Sequence record: PP496439.1
Length of the DNA: 64,000 nt
Reading direction: 5' to 3' (one strand)
Shown: piece by piece, positions 45,865 to 55,646 of the stretch
Position numbering within the stretch: the first letter of the stretch is position 1
How the letters are laid out: every line of letters starts with the position of its first letter
Program-made: the position numbers and the translations under genes
The notes under the pieces: model-generated
What the model was told of the DNA's origin: nothing
Seen by the model: only the letters and a program-made list of their open reading frames with translations
Database searches by the model: none

Positions 45865-46161
45865 ATGGCCCACCCCAAAGAAACAAAACCGGATCCACGG
45901 TTAGTGGATGACCTGGCCCGTCACTTGATCGCATTTTCACGGGAACAAAAGAACCCGGTGCGGCTGGTCGGAAACCTGCACGGGCGTAACTTCGTGTGGA
46001 CACCGGGTGGTACCCTGTTCTGGATACAGACTCCCGGAGCTACTATGCCGCGAGGGGAGTCCAAACTGATCGTGGATGGGGATACCCTCGACGGCTGGAT
46101 GCGCATGAAGGTATGCAAGGACGGACACGCCACCGTGGATCAGGAGTCTAGTCATGGCTAG
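45865..46161 (+). CDS. Hypothetical protein
   Basis: GAGGT RBS. Confidence 0.7.
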   Translation: MAHPKETKPDPRLVDDLARHLIAFSREQKNPVRLVGNLHGRNFVWTPGGTLFWIQTPGATMPRGESKLIVDGDTLDGWMRMKVCKDGHATVDQESSHG

Positions 46162-46330
46162 ACATCGCGGTCGTACCCAACCTGAACCCCGCCGCCCAGC
46201 GTCTCCCAAGATGAGTGAATTGCTCACCCTGAGCTATGCGCGTCCGGGCAGCATCACCCTCATCTGCCGTTTCCGTGAGATCTTCGGCATGAACTACAAG
46301 GAGGTAAAAGATGACCAACGCAAACGCTGA
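46154..46330 (+). CDS. 58-aa basic hypothetical protein (absent from the ORF track)
   Basis: CAGGAG RBS; fills the gap and overlaps both neighbours. Confidence 0.5.
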   Translation: MARHRGRTQPEPRRPASPKMSELLTLSYARPGSITLICRFREIFGMNYKEVKDDQRKR

Positions 46331-46754
46331 AGCTCCAGACGGGTGCGGTGTCCTTCTTCTGGATGTCACTAACCCGGACTTCTTCAAGTTTATGAGCTGC
46401 GGCCTGCGCTTCCTACGCGAAGCCCGCCAGATCACGTTTCCCACTAAAGCGCTGTGGGAACAGTTCTGCTTGGGTGAAGGCCGTCCATTCACTCCGTGGG
46501 TGTCTTGGTTGCCGGAGCCCATGGCAGAGATTCAGAAACTGGTCACGGGTAAGGTGGTAGCCACTGGCATCTTCGATACCCGGTCGTTCATCGAGGTACG
46601 TAAAGTTCCCGGTCTTCAGGAAAACTGGATGCGCGTCATGTACGCCGAGAGCAAAGCCCGGACGTTCAACAGCCGGATCGAAGCTCTGCGTGAATGCGGC
46701 ACCAAACGGGACGACTGGTGGGATGAGGTTGTTGTCGGCTGGAAGGAGGCGTAA
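46311..46754 (+). CDS. Hypothetical protein
   Basis: GGAGGT RBS. Confidence 0.75.
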   Translation: MTNANAEAPDGCGVLLLDVTNPDFFKFMSCGLRFLREARQITFPTKALWEQFCLGEGRPFTPWVSWLPEPMAEIQKLVTGKVVATGIFDTRSFIEVRKVPGLQENWMRVMYAESKARTFNSRIEALRECGTKRDDWWDEVVVGWKEA

Positions 46755-46756
46755 CC

Positions 46757-47287
46757 ATGGCTAAAGGAAAGACTGTCAAGTTCTACTTGGCCACCTCGTA
46801 CGAGCTGCATGCCTCCGCCGAACTATACGTGGACTGGATTCAGAACCATACGGATACCCAGCTCAAGAATACTGCGCGCTGGATCTGGGATGAAAACGAT
46901 ACCGACCACGTGGCGCAGAAAGCCAAGATGGACTTCGAGGACATCGACAAGGCAGATGCCCTGATCGCCTTCTGGCCGTTCGGCAAAGGAACCAGCGCCG
47001 AGATTGCCTACGCATACGCCAAGGGTTTGCAGATCATCATGTACATCCCGGAGGACTTCTACGACGAAGGGAAGATTGCGTGCATGCCGGTTGGCCTTGG
47101 TATCCCACTGGAATACGCGGAGTGGCATACAGGTGACGGTGGACCGGATGAAAGCTCAGAGCCGTGGGCGTCCGCTCGATACCACCCCTGTCACTACAGC
47201 AAGAAACTCCTACCCACCGAGCCGGTGATCGTCCACAACCTGAAGGGGCTGTCGTTCGCTCTAACGCTCCTTACCAAGAGACAGTAG
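46757..47287 (+). CDS. Nucleoside 2-deoxyribosyltransferase / dNMP N-glycosidase family protein
   Basis: KFYLA, DFEDIDKADALIA, GTSAEIAYAYA (catalytic Glu). Confidence 0.8.
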   Translation: MAKGKTVKFYLATSYELHASAELYVDWIQNHTDTQLKNTARWIWDENDTDHVAQKAKMDFEDIDKADALIAFWPFGKGTSAEIAYAYAKGLQIIMYIPEDFYDEGKIACMPVGLGIPLEYAEWHTGDGGPDESSEPWASARYHPCHYSKKLLPTEPVIVHNLKGLSFALTLLTKRQ

Positions 47288-47289
47288 CC

Positions 47290-47760
47290 ATGACCACCCG
47301 AGTCCGGCCACAAGGTACAGACATTCCGTTGTCCATTCGCTTCGGCGTGCGGGCAACCCTCTTGATGAACAACGTTGCAGCCGCTCTGGTTAAGTACCGC
47401 AACAATGTCGTAGCTCTAGCCTTCGCCGGACTACTCGCGACGTGTACTTACCTGTATCTGGATAACAGCTGCATGCGCCGCTGGGAAGGTGTACCGGTAC
47501 AGACCCGCTGGGCATGGGGTGAGTGCCAAGTCAAGGTAGATGAGCTGTGGCGTGAAGAAGGGTTCGCCGTCAACTACCTGAAAAGCAAGTTCGCAAGGGA
47601 CGGGTTCTTCATCCTGTCCAGTAGTGCCATCTACTCCGAGGAATTCCAAGAGCTGGATGTGCACAGCCGGGGAAAACACCTGGCACCCGATGTAACCCCG
47701 GAACACTCACCTACCGATAAACCCGCAAAGGAACAGACCAATGCTTCTTCAAAACACTGA
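47290..47760 (+). CDS. Single-TM membrane protein
   Basis: VVALAFAGLLATCTYLYL hydrophobic segment. Confidence 0.65.
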   Translation: MTTRVRPQGTDIPLSIRFGVRATLLMNNVAAALVKYRNNVVALAFAGLLATCTYLYLDNSCMRRWEGVPVQTRWAWGECQVKVDELWREEGFAVNYLKSKFARDGFFILSSSAIYSEEFQELDVHSRGKHLAPDVTPEHSPTDKPAKEQTNASSKH

Positions 47761-48829
47761 TAGCATTCACGAACAGATGGGCGAGACTGCTGAATCTCGC
47801 GTCCAGCACCTGATCACAATGCTGACCATGCAGTACGCTAATAACCAGATCCAGCACGACCCTTGCTGGGCGCACTTCGACAACTCGGTTCGCGCCGATT
47901 ACCGCATGGCTCTTATCGAACTGGGTGAAGTGTGGGATCACCTGCCGTCCGGCCAATGGTGGAAGAAGGGCGACCAGACCGAAGCTTTCCTCAATCTGGA
48001 GCAACGTGATCAAGCGGCGCTGGAGATCGTGGATGCGATGCACTTTGCTCTAAGCCACACCATCCGCAACTACATCGACGACCCAGACCACACCGTGATG
48101 GCCGAGGTCATCCCTGACATCGCCTCGTTGATCGCCAGCGTCAGCATGCAGGCATCGGTCGTGTACGAAGACTTCCTGCGCGGTGACTTCACCGTTGAAC
48201 AGATCATGGGTGAGTTCAACTCTCTGATCGACACGGCCATCATCAATACCAACTTCGAGGTGTTCCCGCTGGACTCGGTTATCGTGCCGTCCAACCTGTT
48301 GGGTAACGGCACGCACCAGAGCTTCACCAACTTCTGGTCGAGCGTGTTCCTCGCACTGCATCTGCTGGACTACAGCTTCGAGCAGGTCGTCGCGCTGTAC
48401 GTCACCAAGAACCGCCTCAACACCTTCCGCGTTAAAAACGGTTACACCAAGAAGGCCGGTGAAGACCGTTATATCAAGTTGGCGTATGATGGAGGTTCTG
48501 ATACCGTCCCAGTCGAAGACAACCATCACGTCCCGGCCATGGCCCGTTCGGCAGCAGAGGCTACTGCACTGCGCGGCAGCGACTTGACGATGGAGATCGA
48601 CAACGCCATCATTGCGATGTACCGTAACCGTCTGGCGCAGGTGTGGGGCGTGATCGATGCTATCTCTAGTCGCTCAATTGCTGCGACTCAGGATGCCTTC
48701 CCCGCTCATTGGCTGTTGCCAGTCGGTGGCTGGAACCTGGTTAACACCCAAGATGGCTTGGGGTATCACAATACTGATACGGAAGAGACGATCGTGTACC
48801 AAGGCGTGCACCCGCACTTCGTCAAGTAA
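47741..48829 (+). CDS. Dimeric (all-alpha) dUTPase family protein
   Basis: MQYANN, IELGEVWDH...WWKK, LEIVDAMHFALS, YVTKNRLN.FR..NGY. Confidence 0.85.
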   Translation: MLLQNTDSIHEQMGETAESRVQHLITMLTMQYANNQIQHDPCWAHFDNSVRADYRMALIELGEVWDHLPSGQWWKKGDQTEAFLNLEQRDQAALEIVDAMHFALSHTIRNYIDDPDHTVMAEVIPDIASLIASVSMQASVVYEDFLRGDFTVEQIMGEFNSLIDTAIINTNFEVFPLDSVIVPSNLLGNGTHQSFTNFWSSVFLALHLLDYSFEQVVALYVTKNRLNTFRVKNGYTKKAGEDRYIKLAYDGGSDTVPVEDNHHVPAMARSAAEATALRGSDLTMEIDNAIIAMYRNRLAQVWGVIDAISSRSIAATQDAFPAHWLLPVGGWNLVNTQDGLGYHNTDTEETIVYQGVHPHFVK

Positions 48830-48887
48830 GCTCTGATCCACCGAAGCGACAAAGGAACCCCGTGTAAAACTATCTGTCAAATGGTAG

Positions 48888-48916
48888 TTGCACGGGGTTT
48901 TTTCGTGTGCTATAAT
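48888..48916 (+). promoter_or_regulatory. Sigma70-type early promoter (TTGCAC-17-TATAAT, extended -10)
   Basis: Near-duplicate of the 11299 promoter, including the downstream GCACCATGGCAC. Confidence 0.8.
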
Positions 48917-48983
48917 GGCACCATGGCACCAGCCATGCCCGGAAACATTGAACTTCCGGCCACTGTCCCAAGAGGAACGCACC

Positions 48984-49472
48984 ATGATCAATCAAGACTT
49001 GCAAGTAACTGGCACCACTCCAGCCGTGGACGGGTATCAGGTTGAAGTGAACGACACCAAACATGGTTTCCGCTTTCGTCTGCGCCACATTCCTACTGAC
49101 CGGGTAACTCACTGGGCAGGTTACCAGAGCATCGTCATGCTGGACGACATCGCCGCGACCACCGGCTATTATGGCGGCGCCGGTGAAGATCTGGTCCCCC
49201 GTTCCGCTGCAGACATCCTGCGTCAGTTCGCTGTGCAAGACGTCACCATCAAGTTCGGCGATGAGTTCACCGAAGCAGGTGATGCGGTTGCCGACGCCAA
49301 AGTGTCTCTGTTGGACACTGACGAAGTGGAAGAGATGCAACAGTCGTTCACCGAGTCACTGGCAGGCGCCCTTCGTGGTTCCGGTGACTTGCTGGAGAAC
49401 ATGTCTGACGACGACTTCGCCGCTGGCATGAAGGCTTTCGACGCAGCTACTCCGCTGACGAAGAAGAACTGA
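48984..49472 (+). CDS. Acidic hypothetical early protein
   Basis: CACTGTCCCAAGAGGA leader/RBS. Confidence 0.8.
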   Translation: MINQDLQVTGTTPAVDGYQVEVNDTKHGFRFRLRHIPTDRVTHWAGYQSIVMLDDIAATTGYYGGAGEDLVPRSAADILRQFAVQDVTIKFGDEFTEAGDAVADAKVSLLDTDEVEEMQQSFTESLAGALRGSGDLLENMSDDDFAAGMKAFDAATPLTKKN

Positions 49473-49516
49473 TAACCACGGGGATCGAAAGGTCCCCGAC
49501 CCTAAGAGGGTGTATC

Positions 49517-49876
49517 ATGAAGCCTGAGTATTGCGACTACTGCGATCTAGACACCAGCTCGGAGGAACTCGAGACCGTTGTGGAGGGCAAACACACTGTC
49601 TTCCCCGTGACGGGTAGCAAGAGCAAACAGTTCCCGGATGCACAGCCCGTTGAAGTTGTCGCCGGTCTGGAACTTTCGTACCGCAACTGGTCGATCATCC
49701 GCAATAGCAGAAATGACGTATGGGAGATATTTCACCCGGATACGCCAGACAGTACTGAAGATGAGTATCCACGTGTCTGGGACTGCATGCGTTGCATAGA
49801 CAAAGAGATTGAAGACGGTCGCCATCTTGGCGATGCCATCACCCCCGAAACTGAAGACTGCGTACTCCGAGCCTAA
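49517..49876 (+). CDS. Hypothetical protein
   Basis: CCCTAAGAGGG RBS. Confidence 0.7.
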   Translation: MKPEYCDYCDLDTSSEELETVVEGKHTVFPVTGSKSKQFPDAQPVEVVAGLELSYRNWSIIRNSRNDVWEIFHPDTPDSTEDEYPRVWDCMRCIDKEIEDGRHLGDAITPETEDCVLRA

Positions 49877-49920
49877 GCTACTTCTTGAGAGTTCGCCCCT
49901 ACCCCAAAGAGGATTGTACC

Positions 49921-51075
49921 ATGGCCCGAGTCAATACCGCCCGCTACGCTTCCCAACTCCTTAATCTGGAAGGCGTCACTATTAAGATCGTTCCATTGGG
50001 CGAAGCAGGGGATAAAGCCCCCGTCAGTCCGATGATGGACGCGTACTTCTGGACCCGCAAGCTTCCAGACAACGCCACGCTGCGCCAGTTGATCAACCGC
50101 ATTCGTACTTCGTCTGGTCACGTCAAACAAGGTGACGAAGCACAAGGGGCACCGGGCAACGTCTTGTTGGTCGGTAAGCATACATGCCAGCTGCAGGTGT
50201 TCACGGCCAAAGGTTCGCCGTTGACCAAGAAAGAGATGTCGGTCGCCACTATCACCATGGGCCAGTTACGAAAGCAGGCACCAGCCAAGGTCATGCGTAA
50301 AGATCACGTCGCGTCGGCCAAAGGATCGATGGAACAGATAAAGAAAGACGATCCAGAGCTGTATGCAGCAGCGACCGGCAAGACGTTCGATCCGGCCAAA
50401 GCCCAGACGGCAGCGAAAGCTTCGACGATGGACGCCATCACCGGCATGCTCGCCCAGTTCTCTAACAAGCCCCGCAAGGGTGAGAAGAAAGCTGACACAC
50501 TGCCGACCGACCCCAAAGAAGCCGTGCAGTTCCTTCTACAGCACTGGCACAACACCGGTGGCCCGAAAGAGGTTAGCACCACGGTGTCGAAGGAAGGTGC
50601 CCAGTTTGTCGATGACATGTACAACAGCTCGTATCCAGAGATGATGCAGGACGTAGGCCACCCGCCTACTGAATACCTTCTCAAGTTCTGGGAAGTGAAC
50701 CGCTACCGCTTCGGCATCGGCCACCCGGTTAAGATTCCACCCGCTGATCTGCCGGTCAAGTCCACGATGACGGGTAAGGTGTTGTGGCTGGGTGGTAAGC
50801 AGAAGAGCGTGATCAAGAAAGTCGTATCGCGTCAGCTACCGGGTCGTCCAGAGGGTGAGCGTACCGAGTTCGCCATTACGGTGTCGGGTGAAGAGGTGCA
50901 AACCCGTCATCTGATCAAGCACAAGGGCGACTCGTACCAGATCAATGACTTGGCAATCATCTCGGATGGCATCCTCCGTCCTGAGACGTCAACGGTCACC
51001 CCGAAGCCCGGCCCGACCAAACCGAAGAAGCCCGCGCTGGAAATCAAAGCCAAGAAGAAAGGTAAGACGAAATGA
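49921..51075 (+). CDS. Basic multidomain hypothetical protein
   Basis: CCCCAAAGAGGA RBS before ATG 49921. Confidence 0.8.
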   Translation: MARVNTARYASQLLNLEGVTIKIVPLGEAGDKAPVSPMMDAYFWTRKLPDNATLRQLINRIRTSSGHVKQGDEAQGAPGNVLLVGKHTCQLQVFTAKGSPLTKKEMSVATITMGQLRKQAPAKVMRKDHVASAKGSMEQIKKDDPELYAAATGKTFDPAKAQTAAKASTMDAITGMLAQFSNKPRKGEKKADTLPTDPKEAVQFLLQHWHNTGGPKEVSTTVSKEGAQFVDDMYNSSYPEMMQDVGHPPTEYLLKFWEVNRYRFGIGHPVKIPPADLPVKSTMTGKVLWLGGKQKSVIKKVVSRQLPGRPEGERTEFAITVSGEEVQTRHLIKHKGDSYQINDLAIISDGILRPETSTVTPKPGPTKPKKPALEIKAKKKGKTK

Positions 51076-51317
51076 GTCGGTTCAAGATGATGTACGGTAA
51101 CGTCAAGGTGTGGGGCATGTTCATTCTGGCTATCCTCCTTGCCGTGATCGCCGCCGTCATATGGCTGATTGGTGCCGGTATGGTGCTCGTAGGACGCGCA
51201 GGCCGGGTTTTGCAGCGCATCGGTGCCGGGAGTTGGGGCGCGAGCGCTAATGCCAGTGAGCACAGCCTCAGCATATACAACCGTATCCGGCCTAAGAAGC
51301 CTAACGACCCGTCTTGA
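51072..51317 (+). CDS. Small membrane protein
   Basis: Long hydrophobic segment; ATGA overlap. Confidence 0.65.
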   Translation: MSRFKMMYGNVKVWGMFILAILLAVIAAVIWLIGAGMVLVGRAGRVLQRIGAGSWGASANASEHSLSIYNRIRPKKPNDPS

Positions 51318-51375
51318 CCCCATCCACTAAGACACCGGTAAATGAGCCGGTGTCCTACCGCTTACCGAGGTAACC

Positions 51376-51699
51376 ATGAGTACGCCAGACACTGACCAAA
51401 CCACTGCGGATGTCGAGGCAGTTGTTGTTCGACTTGAACGTGGGAATGATAAAGACGGAAACCCCGTTCATTACTTCCTGACGTACCGAGGCAAGGATGT
51501 TCCGATGGGTGAACGTGAGGTTCGTACCACGGCCAACATCAAGCACGCCTTCCGCTTCAACACGGAAGATGAGGCAGTCGCTGCCACGCAGTCGGAAGGC
51601 TTCCAGCAGTTGGTCGCCAAGATCAACCGGTCCGGCCCCGGTGTCACCAACGTGACAACGCCGAAGATGAGCATTCGTTACGCTCTGCTTCCTGAATAA
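51376..51699 (+). CDS. Hypothetical protein
   Basis: GAGGT RBS. Confidence 0.75.
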   Translation: MSTPDTDQTTADVEAVVVRLERGNDKDGNPVHYFLTYRGKDVPMGEREVRTTANIKHAFRFNTEDEAVAATQSEGFQQLVAKINRSGPGVTNVTTPKMSIRYALLPE

Positions 51700-51749
51700 C
51701 CAAACCCAATCTCAATAGCAACGTCTAAAGTCCCGATAGGAGTTACACC

Positions 51750-53402
51750 ATGACCGTTCCAGCACGATTCGCAGCAGCAGAAGCAAAACTTTACGTCGGC
51801 AACAAGGCTGACAACATCCGTATCCAGCTGAAAGGCAACGTTGCCTTGATTCAAGGCTGGAAGGACGACAAGGAAGATACCGAAGTTGCCCGCGAGGAAT
51901 TCAAGACCGCCAAGGATTTGACTGACCTGATCAAGTCGGCCCGCAACGAAGTCAATGCCCCCGACGGCCAGATTCGTGTGGTCAGTGACGACGCCAGCAT
52001 CATCGTCATCGATCTGGATACTGAAGCGGAAGAGATCCGTAGCTTCGGCAAGTCTGGAGCCAAGCTGTTGGACGCTCTGATCACGCTGGCTAAAGCGGAA
52101 GAAATCGAAGGTGAAGCGGCTCGCGGTCAACTGGCAGATAAATTGGCCGAAGCGTTGGCTAAGCCTGAGTCGGACCAAGGTGAAACCGCTGTGGAAACCG
52201 TAGCAGGCAAGCTGACCACTGCACCGGCCACTGGCACTGACCTTGTCGGAACTCCGCTCAACTCCCCGGTACAAGGCGCGGGTATTGAGTTGAAACAGGA
52301 AGCTGATGCACAGGGTGACGAACTCGGTCTGGTCGAAACCATGGAAGAACAATTCCAGCATCCCGGTCTGGTTCACCGCTTTGGTTTCCCGGCTGGCATC
52401 ACTCTGGGTGGCGCCGTGGATGTGACCCTGCCAGATGGTAGCGTTACCGAGCACTACACTTTCTCTGACATGGACGGTGACCCCGCCGACGACAGCGCTG
52501 AAGGTACCGTGTTCGTCGAAGTGCGTACCTACGCCACGGATGCAGACGAGGAAGCGGAAGACGATCGCATCTCGCTGGAACTGCCGACCCTCACCGCGAT
52601 CAATCGTCTGCTCAACCTGATCGAGACGTACGGCGACGAACTGAAATTCAACATGGTGTCTTTGCTAACGCTGGACGTGCCCGCCCTGGAACTGGAGTAT
52701 CGCTACGCCCCGGACAAAGGCAAGCTGACCAGCAAGATCCGTGTCGAGTTCGCCGAAGCCTTCATCGCAGACCTTCGCGCCATAGCTGTACCAACGTACA
52801 CCCCGTTCGATCTGCGCATGCACGGCGAGTTCAGCTACGAAGACTTCGCCCACGTCACCAGCAACTACGCAGCCTCGTTGAGCGCCCGCTGCCGCAACTC
52901 TTCCCCGGCAGCTGTCCTGACCGGCAAGATCGAACTGATCGGCTGGGCAACGCTGGTGGTAGATGGTGAGCCCGTCACTCTGATGTTCGATGGTGCATCC
53001 GCCAGCAACTCCCAAGGTGATGAAGTTACCATGCAGGTAGCAGTGGCCCAACTGCTCGCCGCCGACAAGATCACGTTCTTCCCCGACACCCGCTTGATGA
53101 AGATCGCCAAAGCGTCCACCGCCAAGGACAAGTCTTTCGGCCCGGAAGCACTGACAGGTATGGCGGTCAAGCTTAACGGCAAGGATGAAGGAATCATCTA
53201 CACCACCAAGGGCTTGGGCACCCTGCTCAACAACTTCCATCAGACCCAAGTGGCCGCAGTCACCGAGGAAGTGAAGAAGGTGAACGAGCTGGTTGATACC
53301 GAACTCAGCATCGTCTTGAGCGAGCTGATGGTTGATCTGCCGCAGGACGTCCCTGAGAAGAAGATTAAGTCGGTCCAAACCAAGCCTCGCATCATTAAGT
53401 AA
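51750..53402 (+). CDS. Large acidic hypothetical protein
   Basis: AGGAG RBS; strong high-expression codon bias. Confidence 0.85.
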   Translation: MTVPARFAAAEAKLYVGNKADNIRIQLKGNVALIQGWKDDKEDTEVAREEFKTAKDLTDLIKSARNEVNAPDGQIRVVSDDASIIVIDLDTEAEEIRSFGKSGAKLLDALITLAKAEEIEGEAARGQLADKLAEALAKPESDQGETAVETVAGKLTTAPATGTDLVGTPLNSPVQGAGIELKQEADAQGDELGLVETMEEQFQHPGLVHRFGFPAGITLGGAVDVTLPDGSVTEHYTFSDMDGDPADDSAEGTVFVEVRTYATDADEEAEDDRISLELPTLTAINRLLNLIETYGDELKFNMVSLLTLDVPALELEYRYAPDKGKLTSKIRVEFAEAFIADLRAIAVPTYTPFDLRMHGEFSYEDFAHVTSNYAASLSARCRNSSPAAVLTGKIELIGWATLVVDGEPVTLMFDGASASNSQGDEVTMQVAVAQLLAADKITFFPDTRLMKIAKASTAKDKSFGPEALTGMAVKLNGKDEGIIYTTKGLGTLLNNFHQTQVAAVTEEVKKVNELVDTELSIVLSELMVDLPQDVPEKKIKSVQTKPRIIK

Positions 53403-53460
53403 TTCAAGCAAGGACAATCAGGCCATGGATGGCACTCACGGACAACGCAGGGTTAGTAAA

Positions 53461-54213
53461 ATGAAGGTTTCTACGAAACGACGTATTCTCTACTGGGCAC
53501 CATCGGTACTGGTTCTGCTGGCGTCAATGTCACTGGTCGGTCTCGCTGCCCACGCCAACACCGCGCGAGCTGATGAGATGGCGCCACCTATGAACTCTGA
53601 AGTTCACCGGGCAGCAATGTCGGTACAAGCGGCGCAGGGGTTCAATGGTAATGCCAGCCCACTGACGCTGGATCGCCAGGCCTATCCGTCGGACGTCAAA
53701 GCCAAGATGGACGAAGTGATGCGTCAGTGTCCAGTGGACGGCTCGCTGAAACAGGTGCGACTGTTCCGCTATTCGGAAGGTGAAGTCCCCTCCCCGAGTA
53801 TGTTCGACGCCATCTGTAGTTTGCTGGTTCTGCCACCCGACGTGTACCACAAGACTGATCCGATGCAGTGGCGCAAGTTTACGCAGAAGGTTACCCCGGT
53901 CAGCGCCGAGATCCTGATCGAAGTGGATTCGAGCAAGCCTCAGGATGAGAAGGCGCGCTTCCTGTTTCAGCAGGTGCTGAACAATCCCGACTGGTTCCAA
54001 CTGGTCGAAGTGAAAACCATGAAGGTGAAGGGCACTGCGCTGGAGCGTACGGTGATCTTCCAGATCCAGCAATCGGTAGGTGTGTATTACGACATGCTGG
54101 CGGCGTACGTTAGCCAACAAGGTAAGCCTGTCGTCGAACCCATCCCGACTATCCAGAGCGGGAGCCGCAGCACGGACAACCGACCCATCACCATGTTGAC
54201 CGAACAGAAGTAA
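53461..54213 (+). CDS. Exported hypothetical protein
   Basis: Basic N-region, hydrophobic core and AHA/ARA cleavage site; alternative start at 53425. Confidence 0.7.
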   Translation: MKVSTKRRILYWAPSVLVLLASMSLVGLAAHANTARADEMAPPMNSEVHRAAMSVQAAQGFNGNASPLTLDRQAYPSDVKAKMDEVMRQCPVDGSLKQVRLFRYSEGEVPSPSMFDAICSLLVLPPDVYHKTDPMQWRKFTQKVTPVSAEILIEVDSSKPQDEKARFLFQQVLNNPDWFQLVEVKTMKVKGTALERTVIFQIQQSVGVYYDMLAAYVSQQGKPVVEPIPTIQSGSRSTDNRPITMLTEQK

Positions 54214-54248
54214 CCTGAAACACCCACTGTCCCAATGAGGTATCTACC

Positions 54249-54611
54249 GTGAATAAGTTTACCGATTTCAAGAAAGAAGGTCAGATAGTACGTATGCTCC
54301 CCGACTGGCCTGCTAAGCCTGCGTTCGTTCGTCTAAAGGAAAGACCGGATACAGATGATCTAATCCCTGTTGACTTCTCCTGTACACTGATGTCACTGCC
54401 TAAGTCTTTCACCCTCCCGATTGTGACTGAAGATGGTAGCCACCACGTACTACGAACGGGCATCAAGGCCTACGCTCGCATCGCCGCTTTCATTCAGATG
54501 AGTGGCCCCTTCAAGGGTAAGGATGTGGGCTTCCGTGCGCAGGCTGATCAAGCCCGTGCTTTCAAGCTGGCCGACCTGGTACAGCGCAACATGATCAAGT
54601 ACGGGAAATAA
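54249..54611 (+). CDS. Hypothetical protein
   Basis: CACTGTCCCAATGAGGT leader/RBS, GTG start. Confidence 0.75.
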   Translation: MNKFTDFKKEGQIVRMLPDWPAKPAFVRLKERPDTDDLIPVDFSCTLMSLPKSFTLPIVTEDGSHHVLRTGIKAYARIAAFIQMSGPFKGKDVGFRAQADQARAFKLADLVQRNMIKYGK

Positions 54612-54614
54612 GAC

Positions 54615-55646
54615 ATGCGCAATCAAGACATGGACAAAGTGGAACTGCACGTAGCCGTGACCGATGAGATTCAAGGTGCTTTCACCGACGGCACAAAAGA
54701 TTACCGGGGTTGCACACGCGAACGTATCGAAGATACCCGTGCCCTGATCAAACGGTCTTACGTGTCGCTGCGTGAGGTTGGTTACTGGCTGGTCAAAGCG
54801 TTCGGTGTGGAGACTGCCCATGACAAGAAGGAGCGTGTCTACCGCTTCACCGAGGAAGCTCTGGAGCTGGGGCAAGCCACGGGACTGACAAAGGAAGAAG
54901 CACTGGCGCTGGTGGACTACGTATTCGAAAGGCCTGTCGGGGAAATCAAACAGGAGGTAGGCGGCGTGATGACCACTCTTGCGGCACTGTGCTTCGCCCA
55001 CGAGATAGATCACCACGAATGCGGGCGCATCGAGCTGGACCGTGTTCAAGATCCTGCTGTACTGGAAAAGATAAGGATCAAGCAAGCCAACAAGAAGATT
55101 CGCAGTCCGCTGCCGGGCATCGTGAAAGAAGAGTGCCAAGCGGAACCGTCACTCAAAGGTTTCGATCCAGTGTGTTCCTGCAAGGAGTGCGAGGTTATTC
55201 GATACGGCCATCGACACTCTCAACCGCAGAAACAAGCGGTGTCCTACGTGGAAGACGTGATCGACAAGTTGAAAGCCGATCAGGTGGCTGGGCACACCGG
55301 GGTTACTCTGGTGGTCGTCCGCACCCTGATGGCGATTAACCGGATCAGGGAAGCCATGGACGATAAGGGCACCGTGTGCGTCGTAAGAAAGATGGGGGAC
55401 TTTGAAGGCGCAATGGGCAGTGTTGAAGGGTTAAGGGAAGGAGAGCAACTGTACATCGTAGGCACCAAGGGTATACTGTGTGCCGGATGGTCGCTGATCA
55501 CCCCCTTCGATGTTCGCGTGTACAGCACCTGCCCGCTAGGGGATGACCACTACGTCCAGCTGATGGCGCGCTGGTTCAAAGACGGAGTGCGGACACTTCC
55601 GGTCTACCACTATGTTCCGGGCCGCACAGACAATCCCGGACTGTAG
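54615..55646 (+). CDS. MazG-like NTP pyrophosphatase domain protein with a C-terminal accessory domain
   Basis: ERVYRFTEEALELGQ...LVDYVFERPVGEIKQEVGGVMTTLAAL. Confidence 0.75.
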   Translation: MRNQDMDKVELHVAVTDEIQGAFTDGTKDYRGCTRERIEDTRALIKRSYVSLREVGYWLVKAFGVETAHDKKERVYRFTEEALELGQATGLTKEEALALVDYVFERPVGEIKQEVGGVMTTLAALCFAHEIDHHECGRIELDRVQDPAVLEKIRIKQANKKIRSPLPGIVKEECQAEPSLKGFDPVCSCKECEVIRYGHRHSQPQKQAVSYVEDVIDKLKADQVAGHTGVTLVVVRTLMAINRIREAMDDKGTVCVVRKMGDFEGAMGSVEGLREGEQLYIVGTKGILCAGWSLITPFDVRVYSTCPLGDDHYVQLMARWFKDGVRTLPVYHYVPGRTDNPGL

